Shown: one piece after another, positions 31,817 through 42,428 of the stretch
Numbering within the stretch: position 1 is the first letter of the stretch
Layout: each line of letters opens with the position of its first letter
IMG/VR virus record: IMGVR_UViG_3300023257_000007
Coordinates: 284,223-348,222 of that record
Reading direction: 5' to 3' (one strand)
Length of the DNA stretch: 64,000 nt
Notes under the pieces: model-generated
Database searches by the model: none
What the model was told of the DNA's origin: nothing
Seen by the model: the letters and a program-made list of their open reading frames with translations, nothing else
Made by a program: the position numbers and the translations under genes

Positions 31817-32353
31817 TTAAATTTTAAAATATAACGCCCAACCTAATTCATAAATATCTGTGTCTCTTTTATCCCAACTATCAACATATTTCATCATATA
31901 TTGATATATCTTATCTTTTTTCTCAATTCCAGTAGCACCTATACAATATTCATCAACATCTAATATTGTATCTAGGTCTTGTAATATATATGACAACTTA
32001 CCAAAAACTTCCAAAGATTCATTAAGATGTGTTAGATATTCATAATTATCTTTATTAGAATCTTTTAAAGAAAATGATAGATGATATATTTTAGTATTTA
32101 GTTCTTTAAATAAATCAAACCTGTATTCTGTATTAGAATCCGTTATAAAGAAAATTTCATATTTATTATCTTTATTTTCTAATGTATATTTTGTTTTAAT
32201 ACCATCAAACATTTCATTAACTTTAACAAAATTGTTTAACAGTGTAGATTTACTATTAGAATGTATTGAATATTTATTTTTCTTATCAAGATAATAAGTA
32301 TCATATTTTTCTTGATAAGACATAAAATGTTCAAATTTAACTAATATATTCAT
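31817..32353 (-). CDS. hypothetical protein, paralog of 5782/9212
   Basis: FITDSNTEYRFDL...SFSLKD...YCIG. Confidence 0.75.
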   Translation of the reverse strand: MNILVKFEHFMSYQEKYDTYYLDKKNKYSIHSNSKSTLLNNFVKVNEMFDGIKTKYTLENKDNKYEIFFITDSNTEYRFDLFKELNTKIYHLSFSLKDSNKDNYEYLTHLNESLEVFGKLSYILQDLDTILDVDEYCIGATGIEKKDKIYQYMMKYVDSWDKRDTDIYELGWALYFKI

Positions 32354-32356
32354 ATT

Positions 32357-32836
32357 CTATTTAATCTGTTTTTCTTCTTTTGGGTCATCTTCAATCCTAA
32401 TTGGTACAAACAAATCATAACCATTATCATCTTCAAAATGGTTAATTTTGTCTTGTCTCCAACCAAATTTATATCTCATATATTGAAATTCTTGACCATC
32501 CCACATAGCAACATCACTGTTTCTACATTTACCATAATAATAAACACCAATCTGTAATTCATCTTTTGGTATTGATCCACATTCAATTAATTTATCAACT
32601 TGATATTGTTCAATAGGATTAGGAAGATTTGGTATATCTTCTTCAACTTTAAAAGGTTTAAGATTATCCCAATATTCTTTTAATATTCTTTTATTTTCTA
32701 TTTTTTGCCCTTCTTTAGTTTTTTGTAATACAATTGCTCTTATTTCAGGTTCAGCATCTTTTAATGATGTCATTCGATCTCCATATGACATATTCATATA
32801 TTTATCAACTTGTTCCATAGTTTTAATTTTATTCAT
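32357..32836 (-). CDS. hypothetical protein
   Basis: 159-aa ORF. Confidence 0.75.
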   Translation of the reverse strand: MNKIKTMEQVDKYMNMSYGDRMTSLKDAEPEIRAIVLQKTKEGQKIENKRILKEYWDNLKPFKVEEDIPNLPNPIEQYQVDKLIECGSIPKDELQIGVYYYGKCRNSDVAMWDGQEFQYMRYKFGWRQDKINHFEDDNGYDLFVPIRIEDDPKEEKQIK

Positions 32837-32870
32837 TTTCGGTCATTTTTATTTTTATATATTAAAAATT

Positions 32871-32899
32871 TAAAATGGTGTAAAAATTACACCATTTTA
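32871..32899. terminator. intrinsic terminator-like hairpin
   Basis: taaaatggtgtaa-aaa-ttacaccatttta. Confidence 0.6.
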
Positions 32900-32901
32900 T
32901 A

Positions 32902-33240
32902 TTATTCCGTTACTTCATCATATATATCTTCCACGTATTCTTTAGTTGGTTTAATTACATTTTCTTTCGTGTAATCTACACCTTTCCTAATTTTACTTCC
33001 AACTGTATCAGCGTTTAACGTGTTTCCCACATCTTCTTTAATTTTATTAATGTTTGAATCATTATCCCATGCATCTTTAAAAGCAGGAACAACTTCAGTT
33101 TTAAACTTGTTAACAGCTTCATTTAATTCTCTTTTCGTTTCTTTTGACATTATTTTCTTTTCTTCAGGATTTCCCAAATCAACGTACCAAAAAAGTAATA
33201 CAACAAGTATAAGTCCAGCGATTCCTAATATTTTTTTCAT
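32902..33240 (-). CDS. membrane-anchored or secreted helical protein
   Basis: N-terminal signal/TM segment. Confidence 0.7.
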   Translation of the reverse strand: MKKILGIAGLILVVLLFWYVDLGNPEEKKIMSKETKRELNEAVNKFKTEVVPAFKDAWDNDSNINKIKEDVGNTLNADTVGSKIRKGVDYTKENVIKPTKEYVEDIYDEVTE

Positions 33241-33317
33241 AGTTTTTAGTTTTTGTAGTTTATATTATCATAATATAAGAAATTTGTTCTTAAATAAAAA
33301 ATTTAATATATAGAACC

Positions 33318-34587
33318 GTGAAATATCTAAAAAAATATGAACTACTCTCTAAAGATGAAAAAATCAAAGAGTGGGAAAAAATGCAGAATAATGTAGATTT
33401 AGTAAAAAAATTATTAAATCATGAAAAATTTCATTATCACATAAAAGATTTAATATTAAAAGATTTAAATACACAAATAAAAGACAGATTAGTTATAGTT
33501 GTGGCTGGTATATCACCAGGTATAGATGGTTGTGATATTCAAGTATCATTCCAGACAAATCCTTCAATAGGCGCATTTTATGGTAGACCTATTAACATGA
33601 ATGATGTTAAAAGTATATTAAAAAATATTGATAATGTTTCAGATGATGTGTTTCATTCACAACCATCATTTTTTATGAGTGAAGAAGATCTTATTTTTGT
33701 ATATAAATTTAGATTTGATGAATTTATTAAAAATAATAAGTGGATAACAGAAGGAGAGAATCTAGGATTAATGTAATGAAATATCTAAAGAAATATGAAT
33801 CATGGTATGATGAAAAACCTATACCAGAAATATACGACAAATGTATGTTACTTAAAAAATATGCAAAAGTTGACCACGAAGGTTTACATATTATAAAAAT
33901 ACCAATACCTATTCATATAGAAGATCAATCTTTTAATAATGTTTATTTAATTTATGATAATAGAAAAATTCATATATTTGCATCAGATGATTGGTGGAGA
34001 GATAAAGATAGTAAAGAATTAATCTGCTTAGGTTTAACTGTTGATGATAAATATCAAAAACCAAGAATACACCATTGGTCAACAATAGATTTGAAAAAAG
34101 TATTACCAGCCTTAGAAGAATATATGAAAAATAATGATATAATAAAATATGCAGAAGCAAACAATTTAGGACTATTATGAAAAATTACATAACATTTTTA
34201 AATGAGGGTTATTCTAATATTGAACAGAAAGTTTTAAATATATTGCAAAAATTAGAAAAGTATGCAATAGTTTTAAGCGAAGAAAAATATGAATTATCAG
34301 AAATATTAATAAAAAAACCATATACAGTAGATAATAGTAAACAACATGAATTTAAATATTTATCAATACAATATAAATACAATAAATTTAATGGTACAAA
34401 TTATATAATTGTATATGGTATACAAAAATGTGATGTTAATGATATAATATTAGCATTTAAATTGGGTACTCATGATATTAGAACAGAAGTTTTAGAACAA
34501 GAAAAAGAATTATACCCTTTATACGATTACCTTTCATCAGACGATATTGTTCCACTAATACAATCAAGTAGACTTGGATTAATGTAA
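33318..34587 (+). other. operon of three leader- and tail-bearing genes (33318-33776, 33776-34180, 34177-34587)
   Basis: Starts MKYLKKYE/MKYLKKYE/MKNYITFLNE; ends GENLGLM/ANNLGLL/SSRLGLM; overlapping stop-start junctions. Confidence 0.8.
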
Positions 34588-34611
34588 AAATCCCAATTAA
34601 AATTGGGATTT
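34588..34611. terminator. bidirectional terminator-like hairpin
   Basis: aaatcccaatt-aa-aattgggattt between convergent genes. Confidence 0.65.
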
Positions 34612-34627
34612 AATTATAGAAAATATT

Positions 34628-34732
34628 TTATTTTCCTTTGTTTGTTTTTTTAGGTGTTTTACAACCACCACGTCCTGCATTTTGACCAGTTCCTTTACCT
34701 GAACCATCTTGTTTTGGTACTCCTTTTGCCAT
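34628..34732 (-). CDS. 34-aa Gly/Lys-rich peptide (not in ORF track)
   Basis: MAKGVPKQDGSGKGTGQNAGRGGCKTPKKTNKGK; TATATA motif upstream, hairpins on both sides. Confidence 0.55.
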   Translation of the reverse strand: MAKGVPKQDGSGKGTGQNAGRGGCKTPKKTNKGK

Positions 34733-34797
34733 AATTTTTGTTTTTTATTTATAACTATATATAAAAAAATCCCATGGGATTTTTATAATTTTTGTTT

Positions 34798-35187
34798 TTA
34801 TTTTTTCTTTTTTCGACTATCATACTTAAATTCATCACCACCTGGTTGAACTTGTTCAATACCGAATTCTTTTAATTTTTTATATGCGTCTATTATAGCA
34901 TCAGGATCATCAGACATTTGATCTGCAATCTTTTGTAAAACGTCAGGATCTATCTCATTAACAATTTCAACAGATTTTAACAAGGCTTGAACACCATCAT
35001 AATCTTCTTCTGTTAATACAACTTCACCGCATTTAGGACATTTTTTATTTACCCATTGTTCATAATCTTCCACAGGAATAGTCATATCTTCCCAATCACA
35101 ATCTGGATTATCACACATTAAACCACCACTGCTTGATATTTGAACATTTTCTTCATTCAATTCATTAAACTTTTTAATTCTTTTCAT
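34798..35187 (-). CDS. Zn-ribbon protein with leader
   Basis: Starts MKRIKKFNELNE; CDNPDC...CPKCG. Confidence 0.75.
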   Translation of the reverse strand: MKRIKKFNELNEENVQISSSGGLMCDNPDCDWEDMTIPVEDYEQWVNKKCPKCGEVVLTEEDYDGVQALLKSVEIVNEIDPDVLQKIADQMSDDPDAIIDAYKKLKEFGIEQVQPGGDEFKYDSRKKKK

Positions 35188-35194
35188 ATCTTTA

Positions 35195-35947
35195 TCATAT
35201 TTTAAAAGATTTAAAATCCAGTATTCTAGATTCTGTTCTCATTAAAAGATCAATATGTTCTTTGTCTTTTATATCTTGTTTTGATTGTTTTTGTTTCCTA
35301 ACACGATCACGATTACCAACCATTTTTATTTTTTCTAATTGATCTTCTGTAATGTAAAAATTATGACCATGTATTTGTAATAAAGTTTTATCTTCTTCTA
35401 AACTAATATCAATAAGTAAATACATCTTGAATATTGAATCAATAAAAGCTATAGAATAAAAATATATATATTTGAAAGAAGCATACGAGGTATCATGTTT
35501 CCCTTTACAATACTCTACAGCAAAATCGAATGTTCCATCTCTTTTCCAGTAAGTTAATATTCCATTCAAAGTGTCATTTATATATGTTTCTTTTAAAAAA
35601 ATATTTCCATTTTTTCGAAAACTCATAAATGAACCATTTGCCATATTATTTATATAATGCCCAACTGATAAAACTTTTCCATTTTTTTTATACCAAGTAA
35701 ATTCTCCATCTTTTATTTCTGGGTTAATAGAAATATACGAACCAACCATTTGTAATTGTTCATTAATATAATAATCTCTAACTATAAAATGTGTGTTAAG
35801 TTTTTCAATAATCCTGTAATATTTCGCATTATTATGACAAACTTTATCCCAATCTTTATTAAAATATATAGTATCCTGACTTACTTGTCCTTTAGAATGC
35901 TTGTTAATAAAAATAAAACTCAATATGATTAATATGTATATCTTCAT
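35195..35947 (-). CDS. MORN-variant (YwqK-like) repeat protein with signal peptide, possibly chimeric C-terminus
   Basis: DTIYFNKDW...YYR...GEFTWYKKNG...G.Y.N...NG repeats. Confidence 0.7.
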   Translation of the reverse strand: MKIYILIILSFIFINKHSKGQVSQDTIYFNKDWDKVCHNNAKYYRIIEKLNTHFIVRDYYINEQLQMVGSYISINPEIKDGEFTWYKKNGKVLSVGHYINNMANGSFMSFRKNGNIFLKETYINDTLNGILTYWKRDGTFDFAVEYCKGKHDTSYASFKYIYFYSIAFIDSIFKMYLLIDISLEEDKTLLQIHGHNFYITEDQLEKIKMVGNRDRVRKQKQSKQDIKDKEHIDLLMRTESRILDFKSFKI

Positions 35948-36000
35948 TTAATAATAACTAATATCAGTTTCTATTATTTTCTTAACTTTTACTTATTTTT

Positions 36001-36145
36001 CACCACTGCCGAATCCTTTCGTGTGGTATATTTAATATCTTTTTGTTTTTATTTTTATTTCTTTTTTCATTCAATATTTATTTTTAAAACATAAATCATT
36101 CCTCCTCTTTCCTCACCACACGAAAGGATTCGTGCGGTAGCGGGG
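36001..36145. repeat. inverted pair of REP-like hairpins
   Basis: 18-bp perfect inverted repeat cgaatcctttcgtgtggt (36010-36027) / accacacgaaaggattcg (36115-36132); each copy is internally palindromic. Confidence 0.7.
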
Positions 36146-36187
36146 TCAACTCCAAAACATTTAGTAATTGTATCAGTTTAAATGCCT

Positions 36188-39100
36188 CTAATTTTTAATT
36201 ATTTTTTTTGTAAATATGTTATCTCCTGAAGTTAATACAATCATATACATTGCAGGAGGCAATTTTGATAAATCTATTGATGATATTTCTGCATTTTGAT
36301 ACTCATATTCCATTATTATTTGTCCATAATGATTGAATAGTTCTACATTTATTTTGTCTGTTTTATCAAAGTTTTCAAGATATATATAAATAATATCTCT
36401 AAATGGGTTAGGATAAATCACAACAGATTGATTTGCCGTTGTTTGATTACAAGAAGCCTGAATAAAATTGTAAGTTTTCGAAGTTCCGTCATAATCAACT
36501 TGAGTGAGTCTGTAATAGTTAATCCCGTCTGAGAAATTTGGATCTTTGAAGATGTAGTTTAATAAATTATTAGAATTTCCATTACCATCAATTTTTCCAA
36601 TCTGATCAAAATCCTTTGCGTTTGACGATCTTTCGATAGTGAAATAATCGTTATTTATTTCGCTAGCAGTTGTCCACTGAATATCTATGTTTCCATTATT
36701 GCAATCGGCTTCAAATTTCACAAGATTAACAGGCAAAGGATTTTCGTTACTCTTTGATCCGAAAGTAATTATTTTATTTGACTTTGCTCCAAAAGTAACA
36801 GGAAAACGAGATCTTATAAAGCCTGCATCGTGTGTAAAGCTTGTCAATAGAGGATCACTGTTGAAATCAATATTTGCCCACATAGAACCATTCCAATAGG
36901 CTACAAGTAAATCACTGGCAACAAAATCACCTGAAATCCCATCGTCAAAACCATGAACACAGATGGCGTCGTCAACATGAGTATTGTCGAACCAATATAG
37001 AGTTACAGGCATATCTTGGTCAGAATTAACTACCCAATTTTCTCTATTGCTGACATGATGCAAATTAAGGTCCATATTTCCGCCATGTTCCCACCAATCT
37101 GGCATGTAGGTATTTGAGAAATTATACTGAGCAGTAACAGTAACAGTTGATGCTCCTGTTGGATGTATTCCTAATGCTCCTGCAATGGCATATTCTACAG
37201 ATCCGTTGCCATCAAAATCTTGGATGCTAACATCACCTGTTGGGAAAATAAATTCATTTATCCCAGTTTTAGTAATCATTCCATCAACAAAACTATTGTT
37301 TGAAGAAACATTTGCTGTTGCTGAATTTATAAATGTAAGTGAACCTCCACCAGAATAATAAACAATACCATGGGTAAATGTTGCAGTTCCTTCTATTGTC
37401 ATAGGTGAAGTTATTTCAATATCAGCATGATTACCAAACGAGTTATCAAATAATATATTATTAAAATTACCTACACCTGCATTAATAGTCTGTAATCCAC
37501 TACCGTTAAATGCAACTGTTCCATTTCCGGCATTAAATGTTCCAGAGTTATTCCAATCACCTGTTACTTCTAATGATGACAATCCGCCCAAAGTCAATCC
37601 TGTGCCGATATTCATATCTTCGCAATAAACTGTGGAACTTGCTGTAGTTACAGCATTTGTAGTTGCACAAGTTCCAGCGTCGTAAGATTGAATAAATACA
37701 TTGCTGGTTGCAGAAGGTAATAGAGTTGCAACAGAGTATAGTGTGCCGTTATAATATAACCAGTTTGTAACATCGTCCCAACTATTACCGTTTGCTCCAG
37801 TCCAAAAGTAGTCGCCAGTGCCAATACCACCAGGTGTAGGTGCTGTTGTAACTGTTACTACCCAGCTTCCACCTGCCACTTCGAAACCTGTGTTACAAGT
37901 TCCATCATGTGCCCAACGTCTATAAGTTGTAGTTACTGTTAATCCTCCAGGAGGGTTGTAACTTGCAGAAGTCGCACCAGAAATATCTACTCCGTTAGCT
38001 TGCCATTTATATGTGATAGTATTATCACCACCGCTTGCTACAGCAGTAGAGCTAATATTTGCAGGATCTGTTCCCTGACAGATTGTTTCGCCTGTAGATA
38101 GAATTGTTCCAGCTGTGAAATCTGGTCGAACTGTAACAGTCCATGTTCCTGTTGCAGTTTCACCAGAACAGTTGTTGTTACTGTTAACCGTCATGGTGAG
38201 GGTAACTGTGTTTCCGGCATCACCTGCTGCTGGAGTGTAAGTTGGTGTTAATGTTGTTGCTCCGGATGTGATTGAACCTGCACCGTCTTCTGTCCAAGCA
38301 ATCGTACCGTTAGAAGCACTTGCTCCACTGACTGTCGCAGTTTCATTAACACAAATGTCCTGCGATCCGCCAGCCGAAGCTGTTGGTAATGGATCAACAT
38401 TCACGGTGTATGTTGCTGTTGCTATTTGAGGTGTACAAGCATTATCACTTGTTACAGTCATTGTAAGAGTAATTGTTCCACTGGCATCACCAGCAGCTGG
38501 AGTGTAAGTTGGTGTTAATGTTGTTGCTCCCGATGTGATAGAACCTGCACCGTTTTCTGTCCAAGCAATCGTACCGTTAGAAGCACTTGCTCCACTGACT
38601 GTCGCAGTTTCATTAACACAAATGTCCTGCGATCCGCCAGCCGAAGCTGTTGGTAATGGATCGACATTCACGGCTACATTATCACTTACTCCGCAACCAC
38701 TGGCTGTGGCTGTCATGGTGTAAGTTGTTGTTGATGATGGAGTTGCTACTGGATTTAAAATATTTGGATTACTTAAACCAGTAGTAGGAGACCAAGAGCA
38801 GGTTGGTTGTGCTTGTACGTTATAATGAACGATTCCATTAAACGCTCTAGGTGAACATACACTTGAAAATTGACCACATAATCCAATACCAGCTGTTAAT
38901 GTTAAATAAGAATCTGAATATGTTGTGTTTGCTGTAAGGGTAGTATATTTAGCATTGAAGTTAACATATATACCATAAGTCTGATTTGCCGGTATTATAA
39001 GATTGGCAATATCAAGATAATATTGAGTGCTTGTAACACCATTAATAGAATATGTCCCTAAAAGAATCCAAGAACCACTTGTTGTTTCACTACCTACATA

Positions 39101-41023
39101 GCTTCCCGATTTATAATATACATTAACGGTTTGGGTAGCAGTACTACCAGGTAAAATTGTAAATGCATCAATTTCAATAGGATTTGCACCAGTTGTTAAA
39201 TCAAACATATTTCCTCCACCACATCCATTACCTGCTGCAAAAGTAGTTGTTAAACTACAACTAACAGTACTAAGATTAGCACTTCCACTCAATTGCGAAC
39301 TCGACCCATTACAAATTGTCACATCACTTCCGGCCGAAACTCCTGTTGGTAAAGGATTTACTGTAACTGCCACACTTGCAGCAGCACTCCATGCTCCATC
39401 GCCGGTTCGGTACGATCTAATGTAATACGTTCCTGATGTTGTTACATTATATGTTGAGCCACTGCTTGTCGTAGATGTTCCACTGGCAGAGGTTTGCCAA
39501 TACCATGTTTCTCCAGAAGGAGGTGTGCCGTTTGCGGTGATTGTTACACTGCCGCAACCTGGAGAGTTTGAAGTTGGTGTGTTTGGGGTAATAGGTAGAA
39601 TAACGGCAACGGCAACAATACAAGTATAATCTTCCGTTTCACCATAAGTAAGTGCAGCACATGGATCGGTAGGCGTAGTAGTTCCATAATAATCTGAACG
39701 TATACGCATTTTGTGTGAACCCAGTGTAGCACCAACCGGAATTGTAAAACTTGTGTTTACGGCCGTAGTATTAGAAGGATTAACATAAGTAAGAACCTTC
39801 TCACCTGCGGAAAATGTCAGATCATCATTAAAATCAATCCACACAACATGATCCATACCATAACTCTGAGTGGTGAGACTCAAATTAACAACACCTCCTT
39901 GTACCTGCGATACAGAATAGGTGCCACTATAATCGGTATAAGAGGTTGATGAACAACCTGAGGTACTATTAAAGTTGGTCAGCCCACCTGATGTGGTAAC
40001 ATTTGTTATCCACATATAATTGCAAGGATAAGAAGAAACAATCGGGCTGCAGGGTGGAGCTACAGCTTCTATAATCTCTATATCATCAATAGACATATCG
40101 CTTGTGTATGATGTAGATGTAAGCCCTCTAAAACGCAATTGAACACTACTGTTACCAGCATATGTGCTAAGATCTACATTCGCAGTATGCCATGAGTTAC
40201 CTTGGTCGCCACTTAGGCTCCATACGGTATTCCATGTACCACAATTGTCACCGGATGCTTCAAGATACAATGTTCCCATAACTGCACCGTACATATGGTA
40301 TTGAAAGCTCATATCTATTCCCCCCATAGACGAGAAATCGAGACATGGTCCATACATTGTTGCTGTTTTATTGGAATAATTTGGTGTAGATGATTCCGTG
40401 TACATGTAGTAGCTACCTTCTGCTGCTGCGCTTGGTCCGGTACCGCCTGAGCTAGTGCCTCCGGTTTGTCTTGTCCAATCGAAATCATCCCCGGGTCTAT
40501 TCTCCCAATATCCCATTCCTGTTTCAAATCCTTCTGAGTAAGGAAATGTGCTTACTATTGCAGGGCATGAGCAGGGTGGTGCTCCACCACTAGAAACAAA
40601 TGTAATCGTAGTGGTAACGCAACCAGTATTCGTTCCACAAGATGAATTTGTATTCCAATGTGCATAATATGTTCCTGAACTTGTCGCAGTCCATTGTAAA
40701 GGACTGGTTCCGTGAGCAACCACAGCTCCATTATATGAGCCAGATCTGATTGTAACATATCCTCCCGTACTAATTGCACAACTGTATGTAGTTCCTGAAA
40801 CTACACTATTTATTGTACTATACTCTGTTTGAAAACTACATGTGCTAAAAGTTTCACTTCCAGATGTAGGTGCAGTTGCACTTCCATAAGAAGAAGAATT
40901 TGTACATTGAGCTTGCACCTTGTTAATTGTAAATAACATGCTTATTGCCAATAAAAGCACATAAATCCCTTTGATATTCGATAACTTATTCAGCAATACT
41001 GAAAATGTATAATTTTCTTTCAT
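36188..41023 (-). CDS. T9SS cargo adhesin-like protein (MAM, GEVED, Ig-like repeats, type A CTD)
   Basis: Signal peptide; MAM (DFDW...GP..A.EG.YYMY.E...YHMYG); GETEDY; LPV.L..F.A..W.TASE.NND.F.IERS; IYPNPF...L....Y.I...TKKIIK; visibly higher GC than flanks. Confidence 0.9.
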   Translation of the reverse strand: MKENYTFSVLLNKLSNIKGIYVLLLAISMLFTINKVQAQCTNSSSYGSATAPTSGSETFSTCSFQTEYSTINSVVSGTTYSCAISTGGYVTIRSGSYNGAVVAHGTSPLQWTATSSGTYYAHWNTNSSCGTNTGCVTTTITFVSSGGAPPCSCPAIVSTFPYSEGFETGMGYWENRPGDDFDWTRQTGGTSSGGTGPSAAAEGSYYMYTESSTPNYSNKTATMYGPCLDFSSMGGIDMSFQYHMYGAVMGTLYLEASGDNCGTWNTVWSLSGDQGNSWHTANVDLSTYAGNSSVQLRFRGLTSTSYTSDMSIDDIEIIEAVAPPCSPIVSSYPCNYMWITNVTTSGGLTNFNSTSGCSSTSYTDYSGTYSVSQVQGGVVNLSLTTQSYGMDHVVWIDFNDDLTFSAGEKVLTYVNPSNTTAVNTSFTIPVGATLGSHKMRIRSDYYGTTTPTDPCAALTYGETEDYTCIVAVAVILPITPNTPTSNSPGCGSVTITANGTPPSGETWYWQTSASGTSTTSSGSTYNVTTSGTYYIRSYRTGDGAWSAAASVAVTVNPLPTGVSAGSDVTICNGSSSQLSGSANLSTVSCSLTTTFAAGNGCGGGNMFDLTTGANPIEIDAFTILPGSTATQTVNVYYKSGSYVGSETTSGSWILLGTYSINGVTSTQYYLDIANLIIPANQTYGIYVNFNAKYTTLTANTTYSDSYLTLTAGIGLCGQFSSVCSPRAFNGIVHYNVQAQPTCSWSPTTGLSNPNILNPVATPSSTTTYTMTATASGCGVSDNVAVNVDPLPTASAGGSQDICVNETATVSGASASNGTIAWTENGAGSITSGATTLTPTYTPAAGDASGTITLTMTVTSDNACTPQIATATYTVNVDPLPTASAGGSQDICVNETATVSGASASNGTIAWTEDGAGSITSGATTLTPTYTPAAGDAGNTVTLTMTVNSNNNCSGETATGTWTVTVRPDFTAGTILSTGETICQGTDPANISSTAVASGGDNTITYKWQANGVDISGATSASYNPPGGLTVTTTYRRWAHDGTCNTGFEVAGGSWVVTVTTAPTPGGIGTGDYFWTGANGNSWDDVTNWLYYNGTLYSVATLLPSATSNVFIQSYDAGTCATTNAVTTASSTVYCEDMNIGTGLTLGGLSSLEVTGDWNNSGTFNAGNGTVAFNGSGLQTINAGVGNFNNILFDNSFGNHADIEITSPMTIEGTATFTHGIVYYSGGGSLTFINSATANVSSNNSFVDGMITKTGINEFIFPTGDVSIQDFDGNGSVEYAIAGALGIHPTGASTVTVTAQYNFSNTYMPDWWEHGGNMDLNLHHVSNRENWVVNSDQDMPVTLYWFDNTHVDDAICVHGFDDGISGDFVASDLLVAYWNGSMWANIDFNSDPLLTSFTHDAGFIRSRFPVTFGAKSNKIITFGSKSNENPLPVNLVKFEADCNNGNIDIQWTTASEINNDYFTIERSSNAKDFDQIGKIDGNGNSNNLLNYIFKDPNFSDGINYYRLTQVDYDGTSKTYNFIQASCNQTTANQSVVIYPNPFRDIIYIYLENFDKTDKINVELFNHYGQIIMEYEYQNAEISSIDLSKLPPAMYMIVLTSGDNIFTKKIIKN
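38228..38674. repeat. near-identical internal direct repeat, 267-bp period
   Basis: DPLPTASAGGSQDICVNETATVSG...TPAAGDA occurs twice. Confidence 0.85.
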
Positions 41024-41112
41024 AGACTTAAGATTTTTATTAAGGTGGGTTCTAAAAATTCATTTTTTCAAGATAAATCGTAGAACCCATTAACGATTAT
41101 CTTAAATCAATT

Positions 41113-41120
41113 CAAAATTA
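41113..41120 (-). promoter_or_regulatory. Bacteroidota -7 promoter element TAATTTTG upstream of the T9SS gene
   Basis: Matches TAnnTTTG; no clear -33 element. Confidence 0.35.
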
Positions 41121-41292
41121 ATACTTTTTTTCTAAATAATCATAATTCATTATCATTAAAAGCATTTACAGGATTAATCCTGTCGAATTCTGGTATTTTA
41201 TATTTTAAATCAGTATCTCCATATATGTATATTTGATGTACAAAATTGCCTGATTAGAATTTTCTTGATATGTCCTTAAATATTTCACAATT

Positions 41293-42369
41293 TTATATAT
41301 TAAACTCCAAATCCAATTTTTCTAAAATATTTTCATCGTATCTAATTCTTAATAAATCAATACCATTATCATTACAATATTTGGTTTTTATTAAATCATT
41401 CTCTTGCCTATATTTGAGTCCTTCATCGCCATTCCAATATTCAACAGACTTAAAATGTTGAGCACCATCATATTCAACACACATATTTAATAAAGGTAAA
41501 TAAAAATCAAATGGTAAAGGTTTTATATTCCTACAATCATCAAACCTTTTTTGAGATTCATATTCAATATTATTATCTTTTAAATATTTTTCAATCAATA
41601 ACTCCTTCTTACTTAACCTACATTTTGGACAACCATTACCTGTTAAATGTTCATAAGGAACTTGTTCAAAAATACCATGAGTAGAACATGTTATTTTAAC
41701 TTTTGTATTAGCATTTTTATAATCAACTAAAGAATAATTATACCTTAAATCATGTTTTTTATTAGCCTTTTCTATAAACTCTTCAGTCGTAAATCGTACA
41801 TTATTAGCACATTTAGGACAACCAGTTTTTTTATTAATATGGTTATCAGGTGTTTGTTCAAAAACTCCATGTTCTTCACAAATAATTTTAATCTTTGTTG
41901 TAGTATTCTTATATTCAACTAAAGAATAATCATATTTATCTCCATGTATATCAATGGCTTTTTCTATAAATTCTTCTGTCGTTAATTTTTTATTACCAGA
42001 ACAACTAGGACAACCTCTTCCAAATAAATGTGATTTTGGAATTTGTTCAAAAACACCATGTTCTTTACAAATAATTTTAACTTTTGTAATATTATTTTTA
42101 TAATCAACTAAAGAATAATCATATCTATTGCCATGTGTTTTAATAGATTTTTCTATGAAATCTGTAGACCTTTTAGAATCTATACCACATTTAATACAAT
42201 TTTTACCACTTAAATGACTACTTGGTTTTTGTTCAAAAACACCATGAACTTTACAAATAATTTTAATTTTTTTATTCGCACCAATATAATTAACTAAAGA
42301 ATAATCGTACCTATCTCCGTACAATTTCTTGGCTTTTTCTATAAATTTTTCTGTCGTTAATTTTCTCAT
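41293..42369 (-). CDS. homing-type endonuclease: four Zn-binding repeats plus PD-(D/E)XK/Vsr-like domain
   Basis: Repeated YDYSLV.Y...KIIC..HG.FEQ.P..H..G..C..C; FDFYLP...VEYDG.QHF. Confidence 0.85.
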   Translation of the reverse strand: MRKLTTEKFIEKAKKLYGDRYDYSLVNYIGANKKIKIICKVHGVFEQKPSSHLSGKNCIKCGIDSKRSTDFIEKSIKTHGNRYDYSLVDYKNNITKVKIICKEHGVFEQIPKSHLFGRGCPSCSGNKKLTTEEFIEKAIDIHGDKYDYSLVEYKNTTTKIKIICEEHGVFEQTPDNHINKKTGCPKCANNVRFTTEEFIEKANKKHDLRYNYSLVDYKNANTKVKITCSTHGIFEQVPYEHLTGNGCPKCRLSKKELLIEKYLKDNNIEYESQKRFDDCRNIKPLPFDFYLPLLNMCVEYDGAQHFKSVEYWNGDEGLKYRQENDLIKTKYCNDNGIDLLRIRYDENILEKLDLEFNI

Positions 42370-42380
42370 ATATCTTATAT

Positions 42381-42410
42381 AAAAAATCCCACCTAAAAGA
42401 TGGGATTTTT
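42381..42410. terminator. intrinsic terminator hairpin
   Basis: aaaaatccca...tgggattttt. Confidence 0.65.
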
Positions 42411-42428
42411 ATTAATTTTATTCTAAGA

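Noticed and set aside
36687-40779. Short ORFs inside the T9SS gene, and similar antisense or alternate-frame ORFs elsewhere (e.g. 1591, 2752, 19792, 28744, 33020, 57249, 63208)
   Set aside because: They overlap well-supported genes and show no recognisable motifs.
41046-41089. tgggttcta/tagaaccca inverted repeat as an invertible promoter
   Set aside because: The spacer is only about 26 nt and the -7-like element lies outside it; more likely a 5' UTR hairpin.
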